Source: Nitrosopumilus sp. (GTDB lineage: Archaea; Thermoproteota; Nitrososphaeria; Nitrososphaerales; Nitrosopumilaceae). From it: a DNA stretch of 64,000 nt. This document shows, one piece after another, positions 31,601 to 40,591 of this stretch (within the stretch, counting starts at the first letter, position 1; each line of letters opens with the position of its first letter). The notes under the pieces were generated by a model. That model made no database searches, was not told where the DNA came from, and was given only the letters and a program-made list of their open reading frames with translations. The translations under genes were made by a program, and so were the position numbers. The stretch spans positions 2,272,001-2,336,000 of the forward strand of contig OZ244651.1 of NCBI GenBank assembly GCA_965218695.1, in the 5' to 3' direction.

Positions 31601-31697
31601 GCACCGCACCCAGCAACACAGCATATGCGATAGGCCTTCTGTGTGACTTGGAGCTGTGGCCCTCCCCACAGTATGGAGACAAGCTAGTATCAGACAT
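28611..31697 (-). CDS. Surface protein: DUF285/BspA-like LRRs, cadherin-like domain, two proprotein-convertase P domains, DUF5011-like Ig domain
   Basis: FNGDLSNWDVS repeats; HAYIGDLKVDLxAPDG...GDWQLRIHD...GTLNSWSL twice; DDTPPVITLVG. Confidence 0.88.
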   Translation of the reverse strand: MSDTSLSPYCGEGHSSKSHRRPIAYAVLLGAVLMFGLLAGPYDEASQAETNQLPHPPFYNWPGLADAKVYSMLLPQAYAQVSDTSSFVTTWNITGAPTDQPQHSYASIRFHIDVASGGQVSIDWGDGSAVQNVTKSGPVSTYYLYTQQPSSPITTTVAISGDLERFYFHYNNPRWTEDSPELLISLDQWGDTAWSDMSYMFSGTVNMQYEADDAPNLSSNPRVTYMFRNSSFNGDLSNWDVSQMTNLRYMFASASSFNGNLSNWDVSKVTDMIYMFVDADSFNGNLSNWDVSKVTDMTYMFVNANSFNGDLSNWNVSSVQYMTQTFLLATSFNSDLSNWDVSSAKDMYGMFSYASSFNGDLSNWDVSSVIHYHNMFEMFYNAIEFDGNLGSWFIVLEDTSVDNGQTSVADISTLVGFDTGIDNYNITGTDASYFTITDGRLVLNSVSDYSTKSRYDITITADTANIRTIGLDVKPSISASIKVNPSSETVPTITHITRYDPATQVTDSETLQFKVAFSETVTGVGTDDFELSPDGPSAAVSNTFTYSSAPSLFVPFNVSKADTIAVSDSAIAASVSVSVNITHAYIGDLKVDLIAPDGTTKTLHNRTGGSSRDIVATYTPDFGSVSINGDWQLRIHDNYDADEGTLNSWSLALGEGVDPITSVTGSGSQYYVTVDSSQEGTYNLDVTQDNDITDSANTSLSSLIPSGSDQPYTVTAPVDDTPPVITLVGQSAVSVGVGTTYVDDGATCEDDTDGDISSRIAVSNDVNTNVAQTYEVTFTCTDDAGNPATQVTRTVTVADLAPTVASITRYDPAAEDTDGDTLQFKVAFSETVTGVGTDDFELSPGSPGTDSQTFTYSSSPSLFVPFNVSKADTIAVSDSAIAASVSVSVNITHAYIGDLKVDLVAPDGTTETLHNRTGGSSRDIVATYAPDFGSVSINGDWQLRIHDNYDADEGTLNSWSLALGEGVDPITSVTGSGSQYYVTVDSSQEGTYNLDVTQDNDITDSANNSLSSLIPSGSDQSYTVSAAN
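28627..30213. repeat. Near-identical ~650-bp intragenic duplication (about 28627-29280 and 29557-30213)
   Basis: Long identical nucleotide runs at an offset of 930-933 bp. Confidence 0.9.
30598..31010. repeat. Six 75-bp tandem repeats encoding 25-aa DUF285 units
   Basis: ACGTCCCAGTTGGACAGGTYGCCGTTGAAGGA-like motif recurs every 75 bp. Confidence 0.9.
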
Positions 31698-31967
31698 TTA
31701 GCAAATTCTACAAAATTGCATATAACTGGATACAGATCAAAGATTTTACACCTCCTGTAGGGTGTGTAACCTTATGTGTCTCGATCAAAGCATTCAGAAG
31801 GTATCACTCATGAACCCGTCGCCGGAAAGATGCATCTGAGAGGATAAAACAAGATCCGAAGAAGGATAACAGTACGAAGAAGGATCCGCATTCACGATCG
31901 GATCCGGCATGAACCTTCACGGCACGACTATACCTGAAATGCACGGAGCTGACCCACACACACAGCG

Positions 31968-32990
31968 TCAGAGGGATTTTACGATCCGTTCTGTAAATTC
32001 CGAGGTGGTCATGTTCCCCCCGATGTCCCTAGTCGTTGCACCCGACTTTACAAGGTCAAATATTGCAGATTCCAGTTTTGCGCCGGCGTTGATGCATGCC
32101 GAATCGTTGTGCTTTGAGCCGAGCCAGTCCAGCATCATCTTAATTGAGAGCAAAAACGAGGACGGATTCACTATGTTCCTTCCTGCAATGTCAAATGCGG
32201 CCCCGTGGACCGGCTCAAATAGCGCAAAGGAGTCGCCGATGTTGGCAGCAGGGGCCATTCCCAGCCCCCCCACCACCTGCGACGACTCGTCAGAGAGTAT
32301 GTCCCCGAACAGGTTCGTAGTGACTATCACGTCAAACTCCTGCGGCCGGCGGATCAGGTTCATGGCGCACGCATCAACGTACATCTCCTCAAAGGAGACG
32401 TCAGGGTAGTCCTTGGAGACATCGGCACACGCGCCTGCAAACAGCCCGTCAGTTATCCTCATCACGTTTGACTTGTGGACGCATGTCACTTTTTTTTTGC
32501 CATCCCGCCTCCGGGCAACCTCAAATGCATGCCTTGCAATCCTTCTAGACGCCTTTTCTGATATTATTCTCAGTGCCACAGCAGACCCACCCAGGTCAAA
32601 CTCCTTTCCCGTGTAGAGATCCTCGGTGTTCTCCCGGACTATCACCATGTCTATGTCATCGCGCAACGCAGGCATGCCCGGGTATGACTTTGCGGGCCTG
32701 ATATTGGCATAAAGGTCAAGCATCCTCCTCAGCACCACGATCACGTCTGCAGCACTCTCCCCCACGGGTGCCTTTAGGCAGGCATCGGATTTTTTTATGT
32801 GGGATATGGTGTCGCCTGGAAGCGCCCTGCCGGTATCGGCAAGCGCGCCATCGCCTGCAGGCAGTTGCGTAATCTCAAACTTTGGGCCCATCCTGTCGTC
32901 GCTGTCGCTAATCGCACCAAGCACCGACACTGCGGATTCGGACAGTTCGGGGCCCACACCGTCACCGGTAATCAGCGAGAGGTTATACAT
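31968..32990 (-). CDS. leuB: 3-isopropylmalate dehydrogenase (isocitrate/isopropylmalate family)
   Basis: GDGVGPE, RENTEDLY, HKSNV, NLFGDILSD, EPVHGAAFDIAG; operon context. Confidence 0.88.
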   Translation of the reverse strand: MYNLSLITGDGVGPELSESAVSVLGAISDSDDRMGPKFEITQLPAGDGALADTGRALPGDTISHIKKSDACLKAPVGESAADVIVVLRRMLDLYANIRPAKSYPGMPALRDDIDMVIVRENTEDLYTGKEFDLGGSAVALRIISEKASRRIARHAFEVARRRDGKKKVTCVHKSNVMRITDGLFAGACADVSKDYPDVSFEEMYVDACAMNLIRRPQEFDVIVTTNLFGDILSDESSQVVGGLGMAPAANIGDSFALFEPVHGAAFDIAGRNIVNPSSFLLSIKMMLDWLGSKHNDSACINAGAKLESAIFDLVKSGATTRDIGGNMTTSEFTERIVKSL

Positions 32991-33022
32991 GATGTCACAC
33001 CGGAACGGGGGGATTTTAGGAT

Positions 33023-34534
33023 TTAGTCTTCCTTTTCCTGCACCATCTTTTTGAGCATGATGCGGTTGATGCCGTCAACTACTGCCTGCACGCTGGTAGT
33101 GACGATGTCCTCGCCGACGGACTTTGAGGAGACCGTGTTCCCGTGCACGTCCTCGACTGTTATGGTTACCTTGCAGAGTGCAGAGGCGCCGCCTGAAATT
33201 GATGCCAGGTTGTAGTTTTTGATCTTAATCTCGGATACCTTTCCGGTGATATTCTGGATCGCCTTGAGGGCAGCATCCACCGGCCCCACGCCGTGGTCGG
33301 TGCTGACAAAGTCCTTGCCGTCGATGTTGAGTTTCACAAACGCGTACGGCATTGCGCCTATTCCCGTGGATACTGAGAATCCTGCCAGCTGCACTATTCT
33401 CTTGATTCCGCCCCCGTCTAGGATCTCGCCTGCAATCGAGAGCAGTTCGACGTCAGTTATCTGCTCTCCCCGGTCGCCGAGCGTCTTGACCCTATCAAGA
33501 ATCTGCTGTGACTGCTTGTCAGTCGGTTTGAGGCCGTATTCCTCAAGCATGGCATTCATCCCGTGAATGCCTGCATGCTTTCCCACCTGGAGCCATCGCT
33601 TCCGTCCCACCAGTTCGGGGCTTATCGGTTCATATGTCAGGGGGTTGTTGAGGATTCCATGGGTGTGGATGCCGGACTCGTGCCCAAATGCGTTGTCGCC
33701 CACTATCGCTTTGTTTGGCTGCACCTGGATCCCCACAAGCCTCGAGACGTACCGTGACGTATCATAGATCAGTTCTGACTTTATGCCGGTCTCGTACTTT
33801 TGATCAAACGGCAGGCACTGCAGTGCCATGGAGAACTCCTCCAGGGACGCGTTGCCTGCGCGCTCGCCGATTCCGTTTATGGTGACATGCGCGCACGAGG
33901 CTCCTGCGCGAATTCCGGACAGCGCGTTTGCCACTGCCAGCCCAAAATCATTGTGGCAGTGGACGCTTATCGGAAGGCCGGTGGCATCTATCGCATCCCG
34001 GGTAATTGCGGCCATGTATTCCGGCGTAGAGTACCCCACGGTGTCCGGAATGTCAATCCTGTCAGCACCCGCCCCTGCAACATCGCCAAACACCTTTTTG
34101 AGAAACTCCCTGTCAGTCCTTGTGGCGTCCTCTGCCGAAAACTCCACTTGAAGGCCGCGCGACTTTCCATACTCCACTGCAGTGACTGCCTTTTCAAGGG
34201 CCTGCTCCCGGGTCATCTTGAGCTTGTACTTGAGGTGGATGTCAGATGTCGCAATGAAGGCATGGATGTACTCCAAGCCGCCGTCCACTGCAGCATCAAT
34301 GTCCTCCCTGCGGGTTCGCGCAAGTCCGGCAATCTCACAGGACAGCCCGGCGCCAGTAATGAGTTTGACTCCGGCCATCTCGCCTTCGGATATTACCGGA
34401 AACCCCGCCTCGATTGCATCCACTCCCAGTTCGTCAAGCCTTCTTGCAATGGCAAGCTTGTTTTCTGGCGTCAGTGATATTCCGGGCGTCTGCTCCCCGT
34501 CCCGCAGCGTGGTGTCAAATATTCTAACCCTCAT
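33023..34534 (-). CDS. leuA: 2-isopropylmalate synthase (LeuA/CimA family)
   Basis: DTTLRDGEQ, HCHND, GERAGNA, HESGIH, GPVDA regulatory domain. Confidence 0.9.
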   Translation of the reverse strand: MRVRIFDTTLRDGEQTPGISLTPENKLAIARRLDELGVDAIEAGFPVISEGEMAGVKLITGAGLSCEIAGLARTRREDIDAAVDGGLEYIHAFIATSDIHLKYKLKMTREQALEKAVTAVEYGKSRGLQVEFSAEDATRTDREFLKKVFGDVAGAGADRIDIPDTVGYSTPEYMAAITRDAIDATGLPISVHCHNDFGLAVANALSGIRAGASCAHVTINGIGERAGNASLEEFSMALQCLPFDQKYETGIKSELIYDTSRYVSRLVGIQVQPNKAIVGDNAFGHESGIHTHGILNNPLTYEPISPELVGRKRWLQVGKHAGIHGMNAMLEEYGLKPTDKQSQQILDRVKTLGDRGEQITDVELLSIAGEILDGGGIKRIVQLAGFSVSTGIGAMPYAFVKLNIDGKDFVSTDHGVGPVDAALKAIQNITGKVSEIKIKNYNLASISGGASALCKVTITVEDVHGNTVSSKSVGEDIVTTSVQAVVDGINRIMLKKMVQEKED

Positions 34535-35013
34535 GCCCCGCTTCGCTCCAGGGCGGCAACGCCGGTCCTTGCAATGCCGGCTATGCCAAAGGGCTTTACA
34601 AGTTCCTCAAAGGCACGAATCTGCGCGGGCGTGGCGGTAAGCTCCACCATGATGGAATCCTCCCTCGCATCGTGCACCCTGCCGCCGTAGGCGTTTGCAA
34701 TCTTGTTGACCTCCATGCTCTGGCCGGCACTGGCAAGCTTTATCCTAAAGATGCACAGTTCCCTGTATACGGTCTTGTGCTCGTCGAGATGAACCACCTT
34801 TACTGTGTCGATCATCTTGTCAAGCTGCTTTACTATCTGGTCTATCTGGCGCGCATCACCGTCCGTGGTGATAGTCATCCTGGAATAATCCGGATTCTCA
34901 GTAATCCCGACAGAGATGCTCTCAATGTTGAAGTTTCTGGAACGGAACAGGTGAGTCACCTTGAAGAGGATTCCCGGCTTGTTTTCAACGAGTATTGATA
35001 GAATTGCCCACAT
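34531..35013 (-). CDS. ilvN: Acetolactate synthase small subunit
   Basis: ENKPGIL...FNIESISV...ARTG ACT domain. Confidence 0.93.
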   Translation of the reverse strand: MWAILSILVENKPGILFKVTHLFRSRNFNIESISVGITENPDYSRMTITTDGDARQIDQIVKQLDKMIDTVKVVHLDEHKTVYRELCIFRIKLASAGQSMEVNKIANAYGGRVHDAREDSIMVELTATPAQIRAFEELVKPFGIAGIARTGVAALERSGA

Positions 35014-35022
35014 GATCAATCA

Positions 35023-36735
35023 CTATGACGGGAGTATCATCTCCGTAAGCGGGGTTCCCGGGGCCACAAACGGCAATACGTCTTCTTCGGGATCGATTGG
35101 AATGTCTATTACGGTTGCAACATCGCTGCCCAGCGCGGTTCGGACTGCTCGGTCCAGTTCGTCCATGGACTGTGCCCGGATTCCCTGGGCCCCGTAGGAT
35201 TCGGCAAGCTTGACATAGTCCGGGCACCGGCCCTGGTCCACCCCTATCATCCTCCGGTCGTAAAACGTCCTCTGCCACTGGGCCACCATCCCCAGCGTAA
35301 AGTTGTTCATTATGAATACTATTACCGGAATGTCCTCAAGGACTGCAGTCGCAAGGGAGTTTTCAGTCATGCTAAAGCTTCCGTCCCCTGCAATGTCCAC
35401 CACCGGGACATCCGGCCTTGCCACCTTGGCACCGATTGCAGCGGGGAACCCCCAGCCCATGGTGCCAAGGCCGGTGGAACTGAAGAATGTTCCAGGCTGG
35501 ATCACGTCATAGAACAGCGATGCCCACATCTGGTGCTGGCCCACCTCGGTGGTAATTATGGACTCAGGCGGCAGGAGCTGGCGCAGCTTGCGCAGAATCT
35601 TGGCTGCCCCCATCTCGCCTGGATGAATCTTGAGGTTCTCCTTCCAGTAGGCCTTTGTCTCCTTGACGTGCTTTACCCACGGGGACTCCTCTGTCTTTCT
35701 GATTGCCCTTTGGAGCAGCAGCTTTACCATGATTCTAAGCGAGGCCCGGACATCTCCCACCACGGCAACATGGGCAGTCTGGTTCTTGCCGATCTCTGCG
35801 GGGTCAACGTCGATGTGGATAATCTTGAGCCGCTTCTCAAAGGCCGCAAAGGTTCCAACGGAGCGGTCAGAGAACCTGGTTCCCACCGCCAGCACGCAGT
35901 CAGCCTCGGTCATTATCCGGTTTGCCTCTGCGTGTCCGTGCATTCCTATCGGACCCAGCGAGAGGGGGTGGTTTTCAGGAAACGCGCCCTTGCCCTTGAA
36001 TGTGGTCACCACGGGCAGCATGAGGGCCTCTGCCACTGCCTGCAGTTCGGCAAACGCAGACGATATGACCGTTCCCCCTCCTGCAAGGATTACCGGTTTT
36101 TCGGAGTGGAGTATTACATCGATTGCCTTTTCCACGTTTATGACGTCAGGATCAGTCCACGGGTGATACCCCTGGATTCCAAACTCGTTTGGAAATACCA
36201 TCTCGGCCTTGTTCTCCTGAACGTCCTTTGGAATGTCAATCAGGACAGGTCCCGGCCGTCCCGTCTCTGCAATAAAGAAGCCCTTTGCCACGGCATCAGG
36301 AATCTCGGCTGCGGTTCTTGGCTGGAACGCGTACTTGATTACGGGATTTGCCATGCCAATGATATCACTTTCCTGGAATGCGTCCCTTCCTATCATTCTC
36401 ACAGGCACCTGCCCCGTAACTGCCACCATCGGGGCAGAATCGGCCTGTGCTGTCGCGATGCCAGTCAGGATGTTTGTCGCCCCTGGACCGGATGTTGCAA
36501 AGCACACGCCGGGCTTTCTGCTGACACGCCCAAAGCCGTCGGCCATGTGGGCTGCAGACTGCTCGTGCCGTACCAGAATGTGTCTTATGTCGCATCGGGC
36601 AAACTCGTCATACATTGGAAGGTTTGCGCCGCCCGGGAGTCCAAAGACTTGTTTGACTCCCTCACGCTCCATTGCCACCATCAGTGCCTTTGCGCCACTC
36701 ATTTTTTCCATTTTATTCATCAAACCAATCGCCAT
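35023..36735 (-). CDS. ilvB: Acetolactate synthase large subunit
   Basis: FGLPGGA, RHEQ, TSGPGATN, GQHQMW, GDGSF TPP motif. Confidence 0.95.
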   Translation of the reverse strand: MAIGLMNKMEKMSGAKALMVAMEREGVKQVFGLPGGANLPMYDEFARCDIRHILVRHEQSAAHMADGFGRVSRKPGVCFATSGPGATNILTGIATAQADSAPMVAVTGQVPVRMIGRDAFQESDIIGMANPVIKYAFQPRTAAEIPDAVAKGFFIAETGRPGPVLIDIPKDVQENKAEMVFPNEFGIQGYHPWTDPDVINVEKAIDVILHSEKPVILAGGGTVISSAFAELQAVAEALMLPVVTTFKGKGAFPENHPLSLGPIGMHGHAEANRIMTEADCVLAVGTRFSDRSVGTFAAFEKRLKIIHIDVDPAEIGKNQTAHVAVVGDVRASLRIMVKLLLQRAIRKTEESPWVKHVKETKAYWKENLKIHPGEMGAAKILRKLRQLLPPESIITTEVGQHQMWASLFYDVIQPGTFFSSTGLGTMGWGFPAAIGAKVARPDVPVVDIAGDGSFSMTENSLATAVLEDIPVIVFIMNNFTLGMVAQWQRTFYDRRMIGVDQGRCPDYVKLAESYGAQGIRAQSMDELDRAVRTALGSDVATVIDIPIDPEEDVLPFVAPGTPLTEMILPS

Positions 36736-36761
36736 AATTTTAATGTGTTAGGACTGAGGAA

Positions 36762-36812
36762 TCAGTTCAGCAGATCCAGCAGAAGAACATCAAGTAGTAC
36801 TGGAACTGTCAT
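36762..36812 (-). CDS. Putative Leu/Val-rich leader peptide MTVPVLLDVLLLDLLN
   Basis: 10 of 16 codons are Leu or Val; ATG lies ~22 nt after a TTATAAA box; directly upstream of ilvB. Confidence 0.7.
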   Translation of the reverse strand: MTVPVLLDVLLLDLLN

Positions 36813-36834
36813 GATATATCAAATTGTATAATTG

Positions 36835-36842
36835 TTTATAAG
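36835..36842 (-). promoter_or_regulatory. TATA box of the ilv-leu operon
   Basis: CTTATAAA on the minus strand at leaderless-transcript spacing from the uORF ATG. Confidence 0.6.
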
Positions 36843-36856
36843 ATTAACTGATCATG

Positions 36857-38828
36857 CAGTTAACGCAGAAGTAATAGCAAATTAATACATAATTGGATCG
36901 AATACATATTCTAATATCCATGTTGGAAGCCCAAACAAGACAAATCCCGCATGGCCCGGATTGCCGGCACGGGCATGACGGTGCCTGATACATACGACAG
37001 GCACCGCATGATGCAAAAAGGCGGATGTCCCGTGGCAGAACAGTGCCATTCAAGATCTTCAGGCATGGCAGCGCAGCGTCCCTGCCAATCCCCGCGGCAG
37101 GCGGCAAGGCATGGCCTACTGCAGGGGCCGGCCGGTGTTTTGGATGCGGCCTGCCGTGCATCCGTCCGTACGGCAGCAGCAGCAGGGGCAGTGCCTGTCC
37201 GGCGGCTTGCGCTTGGCAAGATGCCATGGAACGACCATCAGCAGGAGAATCAGCTTCATGTCAGTCTGCCTCACCTTGGCGTAGACGCCGCCCGGATTGC
37301 GCGTCAGCCCGGCGTTTGCAAGGATCCATACGTTGAACAGGATCACAGAGTAGAGAAAGCAGAACAGCCTGGCGGTGCTGTTGCTGCTGCGCGTCCTTGC
37401 CCTTTGGTTCTCTATCATCCTGTATCCCGTTTCTATTACCCATCTCTTGGAGTACAGGTCGATGTTGATTCCGGGCACGCTTGTGGCAAACGCGATGTAT
37501 CTCTCCTCGGGCTTTTTGCTGTCCGATTTCCTGCCCTTTCTTTTGCGATTTGTTATTATCATGGTGTATTCCTCGTAATCCTTCTTGGTCTTTGCTATGC
37601 GGAACCTGGACACTGTCATGCGCTCCCCGCGGTCAAACTGCGCGATGGCCCGGACCACGTTGGGCGTGTTGACGCACGGCATCAGGTAGTCCACGCCCAT
37701 CTCATTGAGCGCCCTGATGACGTCGGTGGAAAAGAATTCCCGGTCAAGCATGGCGATCCCGATCTTGATCCTGTTGTCCATGCATGTCCGGATTATCCGG
37801 CGCACAAAATCAGAGGCGTCCTCGAGGGCTGGCATGTGAAGCACCCCCAACGCGATGTGCATTCCCCCGTTGACGCACTGCGCCGTGATGTACCGCTCAA
37901 AAAGGCCGGTCTTGCCCTTGCTCTTTGAGCGCACCACCTCGGCCCCGTGCTTGCGGTCCCAGCGCGGTATCAGGTGCATGTCTATGGCAACGTCCATCTT
38001 CCTGCCTGCAAGCATGCCCAGCTCCTGCAGCCTGTCCAGTTGAGATCCTACCTTTTTGTTAAACGCCCCCATCAGCCTGTCCCTCTCGATCCTGGAGATC
38101 ATGTCGCGGATCCACTCGCCGCTGGCTGCGCGGCGGTGTGATTTCCCAAGCCCGTGCAGCAGGGCCGCGGCGTTGCGCAGGGCCGACGCGCATCCGAATA
38201 CCGAGACGCCAAGCACGGCAGCTGCAATCAGGATTCTGTGAAAATCTGCAGGTCCGTACGTGGCGTTGTTCCTTTTGGGGGATGGAAGGCCCGGATCAAA
38301 CACCCCGGATATCTCGTCCATGACGTGTCCGCCCATGTCCGGATTGTTTTTCAGGGAACGCTGCATGCGGCCTGGCAGGCGGGGCGCGTCTGCACCTCCA
38401 GGCGCATCCTGTCTGACCGGGTCCCGTTTCAGGCAACCCGGCAAGCCTTAAATTCCAATTCCGTGAAGCCGATATGGGTGTGAGCCCGTTTCTGGTAGTG
38501 CATTGACGGGTACTCTCACTCCATTCTTTTAAGCTGCAATGGCATGCGATTTGCACCTGCTGGCAACTATTTTTGGCAACGCCTGCAGGCTCATTGCAGA
38601 TACGCACGGGACGGCGCGGGCGTGTCCTGCCTGTCAGGCTGGATCTTTTACTTCTGTGTTAACTGCATGGGCACTGCCACCGACACCCGGTACCGCCATG
38701 CCCACGCCATGCATCTAGATCATGCAGGCAGGACAAGACATTGGCATGTTTGAGGCTTTCAACATGGGTATTGGAATAGGCATTCTATCCAATCATGCAC
38801 TAAATTGTTGCTACTTCTGCGTTAACTG
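36857..38828 (-). mobile_element. ISH3-like (IS4 superfamily) element with an extra terminal segment
   Basis: TIR CAGTTAACGCAGAAGTA at both ends; 5-bp TSD TCATG; a third TIR copy ends at 38665. Confidence 0.85.
37116..38444 (-). CDS. ISH3/IS4-like DDE transposase
   Basis: VAIDMH, MLDREF and YSKRWVIETGYR (YREK-type) motifs; true start may be ~38321. Confidence 0.85.
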   Translation of the reverse strand: MPGCLKRDPVRQDAPGGADAPRLPGRMQRSLKNNPDMGGHVMDEISGVFDPGLPSPKRNNATYGPADFHRILIAAAVLGVSVFGCASALRNAAALLHGLGKSHRRAASGEWIRDMISRIERDRLMGAFNKKVGSQLDRLQELGMLAGRKMDVAIDMHLIPRWDRKHGAEVVRSKSKGKTGLFERYITAQCVNGGMHIALGVLHMPALEDASDFVRRIIRTCMDNRIKIGIAMLDREFFSTDVIRALNEMGVDYLMPCVNTPNVVRAIAQFDRGERMTVSRFRIAKTKKDYEEYTMIITNRKRKGRKSDSKKPEERYIAFATSVPGINIDLYSKRWVIETGYRMIENQRARTRSSNSTARLFCFLYSVILFNVWILANAGLTRNPGGVYAKVRQTDMKLILLLMVVPWHLAKRKPPDRHCPCCCCRTDGCTAGRIQNTGRPLQ

Positions 38829-38920
38829 TCATGATGATTTGATCCCATATTTCTTTGGATGAGGCCAGACCAGAGACGACGCACCACAGAAGACTTAACT
38901 CATTGCCCGCATCAGTACAG

Positions 38921-39328
38921 ATGGCTGTTTTGTCAGATAGTGAGGATATCATCAACGTTATTGAGACCCTGTTTCAGGCTGGAATCACAAAGGACGTCAC
39001 CCCGCTAAGGGGAATTCATCTTGATGATTCCAGGTTTTCAAGCTTTAGCGACCTGCCGCCATACGACCTCAAGGACTACCAAACCACCATAGAGCTTGAG
39101 GAGCTGAGGTTTGTGAGCATATCAGACTACCAGTACGAGATCAAAAACCCCAAGATCAGCATATTCGGGGACGCCGCAGTGGTTGCAATCGAGTTGGTCC
39201 AGAAGGGAATGCTGGTTGACAACAAGGCGTACACGGGAGAGCACGTGGTGATCAACGGCAGGGCGACATTTGTACTGGTAAGGCAGCCCACGTGGAAGAT
39301 TGCACACATACACCTGTCAAGGATATAG
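38921..39328 (+). CDS. NTF2/SnoaL-like family protein
   Basis: FGDAAVV...GRATFVLV...WKIAHIHLS. Confidence 0.82.
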   Translation: MAVLSDSEDIINVIETLFQAGITKDVTPLRGIHLDDSRFSSFSDLPPYDLKDYQTTIELEELRFVSISDYQYEIKNPKISIFGDAAVVAIELVQKGMLVDNKAYTGEHVVINGRATFVLVRQPTWKIAHIHLSRI

Positions 39329-39330
39329 CG

Positions 39331-40146
39331 CTATTTGCCGGAATCCTTTGCCTTTTCGGATTCTGCCGAGACCAGATTCTGGTACAGATCGTAGGCGTGT
39401 TCCACATCGGAGTTGCCGTGGACGATGCTCCTTACTGCACGAATCATGGATACCGGGTGATCTGACTGCCATATGTTTCGGCCCATGTCCACCCCGACTG
39501 CGCCGCCCTGGATTGAGTTGTATGTAAGTTCCAGCGCGTCGCGTTCTGGAATCTTCTTTCCGCCCGCTACAATGATTGGGGCCGGGCACGAGTTGACGAC
39601 CTTTTCAAAGTTTTCACAATAGTACGTCTTGACAATGTGTGCGCCCTGCTCGGCTGCAATCCTGCACGCAAGGGAGAGATACCGGGCATCCTTGCCTAGT
39701 TCTTTTCCCACTGCCGTAACTACAAGTACGGGAAGTCCATATTCCTGGGCTTCTCCTACCAGTTTTCCAAGGTTTACTATAGTTTGGTACTCGTACTTTG
39801 AGCCGACAAATATGGACATTGCAAGCGCGCTGGCATTGAGCCTGATGGCATCCTGGATGGATACTGTAATGTCCTCCTGGGACAGATCATCGCCTATTAT
39901 GCTGGAGCCACCGGATACCCTAAGCACCATGGGAGTGCGGGTGGCAGGCGGAACCGATGTCCGCTGAACGCCTCGTGTCAGCATCAGAGAGTCGCAGTAC
40001 TTGAGCAGCGGGGCGATTACCTTCCTTGGGTTCTCCAGCCTCTCGGTGGGGCCAAGAAAGTATCCGTGATCCACTGCCAGCATGAGGGCGCGGTTGTGTG
40101 GCGGCCTTATGATGGATGACAGCCGATTTTCCAGTCCCCAGTCCAT
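39331..40146 (-). CDS. lsrF: DhnA/LsrF-type class I aldolase/thiolase
   Basis: AVDHG, AEQGAHIVKTYY, AGGKK, DMGRNIWQ. Confidence 0.8.
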   Translation of the reverse strand: MDWGLENRLSSIIRPPHNRALMLAVDHGYFLGPTERLENPRKVIAPLLKYCDSLMLTRGVQRTSVPPATRTPMVLRVSGGSSIIGDDLSQEDITVSIQDAIRLNASALAMSIFVGSKYEYQTIVNLGKLVGEAQEYGLPVLVVTAVGKELGKDARYLSLACRIAAEQGAHIVKTYYCENFEKVVNSCPAPIIVAGGKKIPERDALELTYNSIQGGAVGVDMGRNIWQSDHPVSMIRAVRSIVHGNSDVEHAYDLYQNLVSAESEKAKDSGK

Positions 40147-40591
40147 TTCTAACGGAGTAGGGGCGCCTTTCTTAATTCTTTCTCACAAGATGGATCCAAA
40201 GAGCATCAGGGTAATGGCAAGAGGGAGCCGCTTGCGGGCCTGCCCACGCGCCCGGACCACAGATTACGTACCAGCTGCGGCGATGCCCCCGTGGTTTGGG
40301 GGATGCATGCATTGGCAGATCCCTCGACCCCCTCTGAAAGTATCCGCCCCGTCTTTGGTTCGTCTGGTTTTCCCATCAGGCGTGCTTGCCAGGCTCCCGT
40401 ATGCTGCTGTTGCTGCCGCCACCTGCCGGAACACGCCGGCATTGGCCACGCGCCCTTGTCTTCATTTGGCATCATGCCGGTCCTGCCGCCCGGCAGTCCT
40501 GCCCCTCAACGGGAAAGGGACCGCTTTTCACACAACATGCCTGTTTTGAACAGTCTAAAGGTTTTTTTAATTTCAGTGGAGTGTACCCTCA

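Noticed and set aside
35533-36831. Long antisense ORFs (432 aa here; also 40573-41673, 45316-46137, 55889-56962)
   Set aside because: Shadow frames opposite well-supported genes, with no recognisable motifs
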